From contig CM120649.1 in the NCBI GenBank assembly GCA_051362555.1, positions 4,712,001-4,776,000 on the forward strand: a DNA stretch of 64,000 bases, read 5' to 3'. The notes beneath the pieces are model-generated. The model ran no database searches, was not told where the DNA came from, and saw only the letters and a program-made list of their open reading frames with translations. Position numbers and translations under genes: made by a program. Below are positions 53,622 to 64,000 of the stretch, in pieces. Origin of the DNA: Lingula anatina (lineage: Eukaryota > Animalia > Brachiopoda). Position 1 is the first letter of the stretch, and every line of letters begins with the position of its first letter.

Positions 53622-54913
53622 TGGACTGACGGAGGAAGATGCTCTAAGGCTGAACTTATATATGTCCAATTTACCATGGCACATGCAAGACACTTTGTCC
53701 ACTCAATATGACTACCGTCGCCTGACACCGTGGCACCATTTCTTTGTCTTCGTATTGCAATAAGACGAATTCACAAAGGCATTGCGAGTGCTTAACGGAG
53801 GCGTGCTGACTTTCTAAGGCAAGCAGCCAGCTTCGTAAATTCTTCGTGAGGCTAGAAATACCCGATAACACCAATTATCGCAAAATATTAGGACTAAAAT
53901 GACAATTTGCAAGGTGTCCTCACAATGGCCTTACTGAAGAAAAATAGACAGAACAACAACACAAACAATTACTTCAAAAAAGTTAAGCACTGCTCACGAA
54001 GTTGCTTCTATGTACCTGAGCCTGAGAAATTTTAAAGACATACGACGGATTAAGTCGCCCTTCAGCCGCATCGCCTACAGGAAAAATTGCAGTTCGCGGT
54101 ATACACACAGGCCATGAAACGCAAACTTGGGCACACCCTAATGCTAAATGTGGGTAAATGTGGTGACATTTGGTGGTGTATTTTCAATCATTTAATGGGC
54201 ACTTCTTTGCTTCTGTGGAAATCACAGTGAAACCTTATACGAATATATGAAATCTTATACGAATTTTCGTACGATTTTTTAAATGTATATATCGTAAGTG
54301 GCTACGTCGACTACGTTTAAATGTTACGTGCGGGTGCAGTGCCATTTCTTGACATAATCTTGAGGTCACGTGGAGAAATATCGGGGTTTTGGTTTAAAAA
54401 TGATCGTACGCAGCCCTTTCAGTACTAGTGCAGTTGCCAAACGCCTTCCGTGTGGCTTCCTTGAAGATGGGCACATTGTCGGTGCTGACCCCTACGATTT
54501 TTCCACCCATGTGGTCAGATTAAGGAAAATCATTATTTCAAATATATGCAAGTGAATTACAGTAAATTTTGAACATCTTTCCTATTGCAACGCCTTCTAA
54601 ACCACCAAAGAAAGAAGGGGAACTGACTAATAGCAGGTTTAACCATGATCATGATCATCGCAATTCCACAAAACAACGCCCGTGCGGGAACTGTACAATG
54701 TCATCTACGATAATGCTACTGCATAAGGGCTTACGATTTCAAAAAGTTGTCATAAGTTTAAGCTTGACAAGCTCCTAGAGGCTTTGGAGGATGTGAATCC
54801 GTTCGACTTCGCAACCATCTGCATCCGCACAGACGCGGCGCTCGAAAAGGGATTTACGGGCAGTATACAAATACCGTGAAAACATCGCATGGCAAATGAA
54901 AAATAAGCTTTAC

Positions 54914-57026
54914 CTGTAACTGCTAGTATTAATGACGGGATGAAATCTTTATCCGGAACGAGAAAGCTTTCTGTCCGGAGGCTGATTTTGTGCAGAACAG
55001 AGAGTGACCATTCATTATCTAGCACAACAGATATGCAGTTAAGACCTCTTTCAACCAGTTGTTCGACTTGTTCACTGTTCTCAGGCAGAAATAACACAAC
55101 ACAATATGGCTGCTCTGACCCAAATGATAAGGTATCTTTGGTTTCATCAAGTATATGGATGTCGCTGCATTCAACTCCCCTCTCTTCAAGTTGATCACGA
55201 ATTTGTTTTACTCTGCGTTCGTCATCGATGTTACATACCAGAGCGATTTTGTTCAAACGTGTTGAACTGGTGGCCATTTTCCTGGAAAAATACGAGATAA
55301 AAGATTTTTCGCAGATATTGAAATATAGACGATATATCGCATCGCGGAGGTTTTCTTTCACAATGATCCCTACGAACTTTAAGGATACGATATGTTGACT
55401 CGCTTCGTTCAGTAAATACAAAACAAGCAAATCGTTAAGCCCCGTCACGCCTTTCGTTAAAAGGTATGTATGGGAACCATATATGAAATCGATTATATCC
55501 ACAACTTTGAGTGTATGGAATCACCTTTTTTCCAGCGTATGAAATTGAACATTTAAGCAGCGAACGAAACTATGTTTGAACATGCTCAAAACATTTAAGG
55601 GGGTTTATTATTGTGCTATGTGAACGCAGTATTTTCCCTTAATTGTTTTTGTTATGCTACCAACCATACAACTGTAAGATTGTGTACTTTACCTAAACCG
55701 TTGTCTTGGTTCTTCAGCCAGCATGTAATCGAGAAGCTCATGCAATACTAGCAGAAGGTCGTGATATATCCAAATGTCAAAGATTTTTTTCCATCTCAGT
55801 GATGTTTTGGTTCCTAAAAAGTACAATTCAAACAGAAATCAAATAGTGATAAGTTCATTATTAATTCAATACATACAATGTTTATCTTTGGGTCGCTATG
55901 GGACTGTTTCCCGAACATAAACAACCTGTAAGCATTTAATGTTGTGGTTAAGGTTATTGTAACCCTTTATTATCATCCAAATACCGAAAAAGAGTGTTTT
56001 CCTGCTGTTAGTCCATGACCATATTATTTTAGTCAATATTCATAAAATTTATTACAGCCACACTTATATAGTATATTAGCAAAGATATTCACGTTATTTT
56101 ACTGTAGTGGAACACAACAAAATTTAGATAGGGAATTTGAGAATCTACGTGGGTTAATTAAAACAAAACTGATGATGATATGTCGTTCATTTTGTTTAAA
56201 ATATTACTTTTTGCTTTTTTGTAGCTACTCATATAGCCACTGGATCACGAAACATGTTCATGACTTCAGTGTAAGGGCAGGAAAGAAATATATGTTTACA
56301 CCTTTTTATCGTTATTGTGATCTGTTAGTGCTCCGATAATGGCACACATACAAGCATATTCAAATTAAATGCTTAATTCGCTTTCTCAATATTTTTCTTG
56401 TGTCAACATCTCCTTCAGCACCTTGGTTTTGTTTATATATTTCATCACCATGAAAAATATCAGAGCCTTTTTGACAAGCCTTCCATAAAAGTATACCATG
56501 TAAATACGAGTTTGAAACCTTACTTCAGTAACTGCATTTATTATTTATTCGGTTACCTGTTGCAGCAAAATGGACTAAACACTCCCTCCAACAAGAACGT
56601 GTTGTTGTGATGTATTCGAATTCCATGACAACAAGAGGAGCTCGCAAGGGTTCTACATCGACCAAAAGAAAATGAAACCGTCGCTTAGTCTCCAAGGCTT
56701 CCATTAAAAAATGTTTCCAGCTTTTGTTTCCGGAAGCATGGTCTGAGTAAACAATTACGAGCTTTTGGCAAGCTTCTCCGAGCTCTCTATCTTTATCTAA
56801 CTCTGTTCGCAGAAGGCAGCGAAGTCCATATGTCTCTAATACTGGTTTTATTTGCTTTTCAACTAAGTCTTTATCCTCGCTGTCAAGTAACAGGATTAAA
56901 TCGTAAGCGGCCAATCAACCATTATTTTATCACTAGGTTCCAAAGAGCATTGCTCATCATCAGTAATGTCAGGAACGACATCGGGTTTTGATCTCGACAT
57001 GCTGGCATTGGCCTGCATTGCTTGAT
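54914..57026 (-). CDS. Tandem TIR-like domain exons: 57026-56557 (frameshift near 56915), linker 55813-55693, 55281-54914
   Basis: YDLILLLDSEDKDLVEKQIKPVLETYGLRCLL...KLVIVYSDH...SW follows TIR box1/aA/bB/bC. KIALVCNIDDERRVKQIRDQLEERGVEC...CVVLFLP is a second, more divergent TIR-like fold. Phases 1-2-1 join in frame. Confidence 0.7.
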
Positions 57027-57889
57027 CTGGAAGACAAAAAGCACGTGCACTTCTTTGTCATGGTTGCAGTGCTCAGCAATGTCTGTTTTTACCAATATAT
57101 CTAATCGTATTATTTATAAACCAAACATATGGACTAGATTAAAATGTCATAGCACATACACACACACATTCACACAAACACGCAAGGCAGTAAAAGGTGA
57201 TATATATTTAGCACCTATGCGACAGATTTTCGGTGTTTTTTCTCTGGATATGCCGCTTTTGTCGCTGAACACTGGTGATAGGAGATCGACACCAAATTTC
57301 GATCTCGACATGCTGGCCTGGACCTCCATTTCTTTATCTGGAAGATAAAAAGCACGTGTACTTCTTTCCCCATGGTTGTGGTGCGTTGCAAAGTCTGTTT
57401 TTTAAACGTTTCTTATTTTATAGCCATAATTGCCATTTTGGTGACTCATCTCTCTTCTTTTTTTCTCTTTCTTTCTTTTTTTCTTTTCTTTCTTTCTTCT
57501 TTCTCTTTCTTTTTTGTCAATTACAGTATTGATGTTAGTTTGAAAGTCTGAGCCCAAACTAAGTGAAACACACTACATACGTCACCTGTGGAATTGCAGA
57601 AATCCTACCTTTTTCCGGTAAAGAAAGCTCCAATCCTGTACACGTAGGAGTAGTGTAGATTAAGACTTCGATAAAAATAGCTGTAAGTATCACTGTCATT
57701 CCTTTCTCCAATTCCCAATGGGATATTTTGGCAGGTTTCAATTTGTTATCTATTTATCTAAGTTCATGTTTTGTACTGAAACGGGCACCAATTAAATGTT
57801 CTTGTATATGGCACTTATTTTCAATAACTTACTCAGACCAGATGTAGAATTTAAAATAAGTTAGTTATCTATTACAGAAAAAGCATTAC

Positions 57890-60800
57890 CTCTTTTAATT
57901 TTGCCGATTTTCTTTGGAACACCGGTCTCCAAATGAAGTGCCTCGTGTAGGCGGAAGTCTGGTATGGTCTTAATTATCACATCACGAATAAATTCTGCGA
58001 AGTAAATAAATTGTAATTGATTACTGATTCAAGCTGCTGGCATATGTATGAAAGAGAGAAAGAACGACTTTAAGAAATGCATACTTTGGTAAAATCCAGT
58101 TAAAGTTTTCGTCTTTTAAGTTATTAAAGTAACTTTAATTTGCTGAAGATTATAATGCAACATGTCTTGTTTAGATATTTTCCGTAAACATTAACGCATC
58201 CTTCTGTAACACATTAGTTTTTACCGGGTGTTTTACGTGGTTTCTTTACAGCCTCCACGGTTATACTGATATCTTCTTCACGCCCGAATGTAGCTCCCAC
58301 AATTATACCGATATCTTCTTCACGCTCCAATGCGCCACATAGTTTAACGGCTACGGAACCTCCGCAGCAGAGATCTACAACTTCTTCCACTGACTTCTCT
58401 GAATCACAAACGACTGTGAGGGTAATGTTGCTGTTTTCAATGCGAACATCTGCAACATATCGTGTACCATCCTCAAGGCAGTCAATGGCAGTGGATATGT
58501 TATCATCTCTGCTGCAGAGGTTCCGTTTTTCTAATCTGGATATGTCGATTATGTCGTTTAGCACTGGTTTCAGGTAGTCGACATTTGCTTCTGAACCCGA
58601 CATACTGACTTGGACCTCCACTTCTTCACCTGGAAGACAAGGAAGCATGTGTACCTCTTTCCTATCGTTGCACTGCATTATAAAGTCTTTTTTAACAAAT
58701 GTATCTTATAAAAGTAGCCGTTTTGTGAAATTGTGGTCACATTATCTCTCCCTCTCTCTGTCATTTACACCTATCATTTCAGTACCAAAATGTCAGTCCA
58801 CGCCAACTTAAATACACTACATAATTCACAAACGTCACCTGTGAAATTGCTGAAATCCCACATTTTTCCGTCAAAGGAAACTCCAATCCTGTAGGAGCAG
58901 CATTGACTTCGACTATGATCAAAATATATTTGGGTGTCTCTGTCATCTATTTCTCCCGGTTCGTAAGACACAATATCGATCCATTGGCCCCTTATAAGTT
59001 CATCAGGCATGCATCGCTGAACTTTGCAATGTAAGTGACGCCACTGCAAATATGGAGCTTGTGTTGCAAAACTCCACTCAACCACTGTGCCCGCAACAAT
59101 TTTATGTCGCTTCACTTCCAGTTGAGGCATGATTCCACGGGCTAAACGACAAAAATATATTGAGATAAATAAAGTGTATTTACTAACCTATATTTTAAAT
59201 ACAACCTAAAAAATCTACGAACCACAAGGGTGAAATTTATACACATTTAACTATGCCTGGGTGTCGAACAAAGTACAAATAACGCCCATTGTATTTTCTT
59301 GCATGTTTTGAAGGCACCTGCCAAAGACGTGCTACTCTAGCTAGTGCATACATCAGCCGGCCACCCCCTAACCCCAAACCCCCACATACCACATACACGA
59401 GCACAGTTAGATTGATAAAATTTAAATCATTCCAATTATTACATAACTGAGTATGATTTTATATTAACCTGCTCGGGCAAAGTTCTTGCGAGCCTCTAGG
59501 TAGGAACTGTACTTCATGTAGACGTCCAGTTTCAAATCGGGTAAGTTTAAGGATTTCAAAGCGCCCTCGGTCGTTACGATGGTTGACAGGATCTCTGACA
59601 CGGTCCCATCTGAGCACATTTCTCGTAACTCTGTAAACGTCCCGTAGGACTGGCAGACCACGCTCATTACAATCTCACAGTCCCTGAACTCACGAACAGA
59701 TCTACCGTCGTTGTTTATAGGTCTCAACCTCATGGGATGTTTATTTGCCTGCTTATCAAGAAAAGCAGCGACCTTTGGTTTATTTCCATTGCTGAAATGC
59801 GTTTCAGGTTCTAGACGAGCGTGGACGTCAGCAGCGACCCCTATTTAAAACATTATATTTGCACAAAGAGCGCATTCTCAACGAATTAAGCCAGGCTTTA
59901 CAAAGCCGGTGACCTAAAAATGGCGGACGTACATGAAAGAAAAACCGCCTAATCTTTTAATAGTCTCTCCGCCTCTCACACGCCTCCCCACACGTCGTCC
60001 CTGCGGGGTACAGTAATTAAATCTCGGCTCCGAACATTAATATTTCCGTGAATATCTCTGGTGATATTATCTCCGTAGATAGTCGATTCATTGCTGCTCT
60101 ACGGGCCAAATTATTCCTTTTTCGTCTCTGTTTTCAAAGATAATAGAACAGAAGAGCTTTTTTCCTTCGATCGCCTTCAGCCGCCATGCTTTCTTCACCA
60201 CGAGTTTAACTGATGAGCATGCGCACTTAATATTTCTCAGGTAGCTTCCGCATGGCGAACGGAGACGCGATTTAATTACTGTACCCCGCAGGGACGACGT
60301 GTGGGGAGGCGGAGAGACTATTAAAAGATTAGGCGGTTTTTCTTTCATGTACGTCCGCCATTTTTAGGTCACCGGCTTTGTAAAGCCTGGCTTAATTCGT
60401 TGAGAATGCGCTCAAAGAGAATTCCGTTAAAAATAGCATCAATGTAAGAAGCAAAGCTTTTATATATTTTTTCCAGTTTAAAATAAAACCACTTCCAATG
60501 GTTACAGATGTACATATATTTCAGTAATATAACTATTTTCTAAAAACTACCATATCTATATTAAAAAGTGAATGACAATGTGCCTTTATTAATCTCCTAC
60601 CTGTTCTTGTTTCTCGCAGCAGGTTCTTATACTTTTCGTCAAGATATAATCCTACTTTGTATGATACAACCTCGCCTTGCGAAATCCAAGCTGTGTCAGT
60701 AAAAGAAGGATTTGCATTCGTGTTGGGCGGTCTTTTTAGTATGATTTTCTCTGTCTGCTTCTGATTGCTTTTATCCATGCACCTTGTCACCCTTGTGTAT

Positions 60801-60891
60801 ACGAGTCTCTCCACTTCTCTAGGAATCTTCCATTTAATTACTCTAAATCCCTGTTCTACAGTCACCACGACCTCCGGTGGCGGCATATTAC
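57890..60891 (-). CDS. Phase-1 exon array: FN3-like (60891-60601), TRADD-N-like (59840-59469), FN3-like (59141-58839), TRADD-N-like (58629-58225), short exon (57994-57890)
   Basis: All exons are open, have lengths divisible by 3 and GT-AG ends. P..V.W....Y.(I/V)G pattern of FN3-like sandwiches. IVMSVVCQSYGTFTELREMCSDG and ITLTVVCDSEKSVEEVVDLCCGG resemble TRADD-like N-terminal domains of invertebrate death/TIR proteins. Confidence 0.6.
59868..60413. mobile_element. Foldback MITE with ~150-bp terminal inverted repeats
   Basis: GAGCGCATTCTCAACGAATTAAGCCAGG... from 59868 is reverse-complemented ending at 60413; AAA on both flanks. Confidence 0.85.
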
Positions 60892-60973
60892 CTGGAAGGT
60901 ATGTTGAAGCATCATTATGTGAGATATCAGGTCACATTAATGTAAAATGTTATATTGACCAAATAAAACGACA

Positions 60974-62242
60974 AATTTACACCAAAATATTGACCGAAAG
61001 GCTAACAAGACTACTAGATGAAGCGCAGTCAAAGGAACAAGCAGGTTTCAGAGGCCAGTGCACCACTACTGATCATATGTACACTGTCAACCGGCTCAAA
61101 GAGAAATGTCTTGAGTATAACATTCCACTATGTGTAGCATTCGTTGATTATGAAAAAGCCTTCGAATCAGTAGAAACCCAGTATATACTAGCATCCCTGC
61201 AAGATCTAGGGACCGAAGATGGATACGTAGACGTCCTCAGAGACATATACACCGATAGCTCTGTAACAGTCAAACTACACAAGACCACCAATAAGGTCAG
61301 GATCAAGAAAGGTGTACGCCAAGGAGATACAATCTCTCCTAAACTGTTCACAGCAGCATTGGAACGTATATTCAGGGATCTAGACTGGCAGGACAAGGGC
61401 ATAAACATAGACGGTACCAGGCTCAATCACCTTAGGTTTGCAGACGACATCATAATAGTAGCAGATGATGCAAAAGACCTCGAAGAAATGCTACAGGCAT
61501 TAGCAGATGAAAGCGCAAAAAGTGGGCTAAAGATGAACACCAGCAAGACAAAGGTGATGTTTGGACCACTAACCACCCCTTGCACAGTGAAGGTCAACAC
61601 CAAAGAGATAGAAGCAGTAGAAGAGTATTTTTTCCTTGGGCAACGGTTCAGCCTTAGTGATCGAACACTGGAGAAAGAAATCCAACGAAGGATAAAAGCA
61701 GGATGAGCAGCATGTGGGAAGCACAATGACATCTTCAAGAGCAACCTTCCTACCTGCCTGAAAAAGAAAGTGTTCAATGCTTGTGTGCTGCCGGCAATCA
61801 CCTATGGTTCAGAGACCTGGGCACTGAATGCCTCCATGGAACACAAGCTACAAGTAGCCCAGGGAAAGATGTAAAGAATTATGTTGGACATCAGTCCAAG
61901 AGAGCGGAAAACGAATGTATGGTTACGTGAACAGACCAAAGTTAAGGACGTACTGCTCACAGTTAAAGAAATGAAATGGAGGTGGGCAGGACATGTCAAA
62001 AGAATGAAGGACAATAGGTGGACAATCAGGCTTACAGAATGGACCCCAAGGTATGGACAAAGGAAAAGAGGATGGCCGGTCAAACGATGGAGGGATGAAT
62101 TAGATGACTACTGGAAGTCTTGGAAGAAGAAACCTTGGCCAAACTGGAAATCTGAGGCTCGGGATATGAAACAATGGAAAAAGCATGCTGAGGCCTTTGT
62201 CCAACAGTGGAACACTATAGGCTCTAAATGATGATGATGATG
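60974..62242 (+). mobile_element. 5'-truncated RTE-clade LINE with decayed reverse transcriptase
   Basis: EQAGFR, FVDYEKAF, KGVRQGDTISPKLF, LRFADD, KWRWAGHV motifs; in-frame stops at 61704-61706 and ~61872-61874; (TGA)n tail; target duplication AAAACGACA at 60965-60973 and 62243-62251. Confidence 0.95.
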
Positions 62243-63094
62243 AAAACGACACCCTGCATATTAGAATCGCGTTGTATTCTACTAAAAAAAATAAAGGGTC
62301 TTTTGCATTTTAGATGAAGAAGTTTGACTCATCCTTACTGTTTTATAATATGAGCACTTTTAAGACAAGGTCATTATTACAGGGGTATGTATTGGTTGGC
62401 ATTTGTATTTTAATAAAGAGAATTGGAGGAAACAGGATTGTGTCGGAAGTGCAATTTTTACATATGTGCAATCTGATATGCCTATATCCAAGTATTGTTT
62501 TGTATTACGGTAAGTGCTGCAATTATAACGATGTTTGAGTGTCCTTAAAGGACTTTGGGAAAACCAGGAAGTACATTGCAACTAACAACTACTGTAAATC
62601 GCAACGAACCTCGATCGTTGTGCGATGATATATCTTTTTTAATATTCTGACGAGTTTTAGATAGTTAATGTCAAGCTGACATGAAATTCTTAATAAAGGA
62701 TAATACTAGTAGACTTGTTACACCGGGGAACGTACTTATCAGTGATCTTATGCCATGACAAAGATGATATTCTGGCAGCCTCTTTTCTGAATTGAAAATC
62801 ACAAGCAGTGGAGACTGGTAAGCAATTGCCTTAGGCTGTCAATCAATGGCCTTGAGAACTGGTCAGATTGGATCTTATCTACCTGTCAGAAGCGCTTTTC
62901 CAACTGAGTATTGAATAATAATTAATGTCAATCAGTCGTCTTGAAAAATTATTATCTCATAATCATATTACTGTCAGATTTGTGATCACCTTACCTAAAT
63001 TTTTTTTCGTCTTCTTGGAAAGGTAATATTGTTATCTTATCAGTGTAAAACTTCACCATATAAATGTTTGGCGAATTCATCACATTTAGTATAC

Positions 63095-63610
63095 ATTCTT
63101 GCAAAACATATGTAGTTCACTTTACCTCTCGTTTTTCTAAAGATGCAGAAAAATTAGAAACATTAGAAATTGGAAACAGCATAGTCACGATAGAGGTTAA
63201 AAACCTAGGGGTAATTTTGATAACAGGTGTGATATGGCAATGGCCGTGGGTTTTGAATGTTTTTTGTTGTCATTCCTGGTAATGGAAAGAGTAGAGGTGG
63301 ATCTGCTGGACCTGGTGAGATTGGACGAACTTGGATTGAGCATAGAGTTAAAATATGAAAGGCATTCACCTCTGGTGAATTTAAAAACAAACAGCAGTTA
63401 TTTAAAAACAATTCTCTGTCGTACTGTAAGCCAATGTAGTTCGAATAAGATAGATGAAATGTTTCATCTGAGAGGGGATTTGGTCAGTAGTCGTACTGCA
63501 GCATTTTGGACAGATTGCAGTTTTTCAATTTGATAGGTAGGAAGACCATACAGTAGACTGTTTTTTTCGTAGTCAAGATGTGAACTTGTGAGGGCATGGA
63601 CAAGCCTGTC
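63095..63610. mobile_element. Degenerate L2/CR1-group LINE RT fragments in opposite orientations
   Basis: + strand KTYVVHF...IGNSIV..EVKNLGVIL (~63100-63220); - strand [39 protein letters not shown] (~63610-63470). Confidence 0.8.
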
Positions 63611-64000
63611 CATTTGACATAACATAACCTCAAAGATTAATTCGGTAATTTTAATTGACACGGTTGTTAGGTAAAATGTAGTTTTATCTATGGGTATGTT
63701 ATTCAATCTCATTAAACATAATTTGCTCAAGTGAGTATCTCGAGATTTTAAGGTGAGCAATTCAGTGATGTCATGCTTCGTTTTATGTAAGCTCTGTTAG
63801 CCTGCTCGTAAACGCTTTTGATGTGTGAATAGTTTTCAAGATTGACGAGATAGATTGATCGGTGTCAAGTATATCTTTTAAGACAATTGAACAGATCACT
63901 ACAAAAACTAGTCTACATGTAAAGAAAGATAAACACTATAGGGCGCCATCATAGATTTTAGAGGAAACTGTTAGTTTGAAAGTCATCAACTTTTATTTAA

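Noticed and set aside
55693-55813. Linker exon as a death domain or TM helix
   Set aside because: Only 40 aa, amphipathic with charged residues; too short to call
62730-63060. Possible upstream exons of the FN3/TIR gene
   Set aside because: Splice-like sites are present, but all frames of the 62882 segment hit stops; cannot be supported

Overview
AT-rich, intron-containing animal genomic DNA, most consistent with a marine invertebrate (probably lophotrochozoan; taxon is inference). No prokaryotic genes, rRNA, tRNA or CRISPR array are seen. The window looks like an innate-immunity gene island. (1) 1-33.8 kb is a tandem segmental duplication with a ~15.1 kb period. It carries three copies of a VWA + Ser/Thr-repeat stalk + TM receptor gene, two identical copies of a 2-exon secreted 10-Cys Diedel-like peptide gene, and two relics of an older Diedel paralog broken by transposons. 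(2) 34-49.3 kb holds a + strand type II membrane coiled-coil gene built from phase-0 exons, mostly of 105 nt. Apparently nested antisense within it (37.5-42.5 kb) is a complete 5-exon gene for a secreted 238-aa protein with two defensin-like 6-Cys modules fused to a bacterial-type M15/LAS zinc peptidase (H-x6-D...HxH); the ORF track does not show its catalytic exons. (3) 54.9-60.9 kb holds a minus-strand multi-exon gene, with one frameshift, encoding FN3-like, TRADD-N-like and two TIR-like domains. Many DNA transposons (Harbinger, piggyBac, CMC, mariner, Helentron-like) and LINEs (RTE, L2-like) are present, several with empty sites visible in the sister duplicates. All gene models were spliced by hand; domain calls rest on motif recognition, not database searches.
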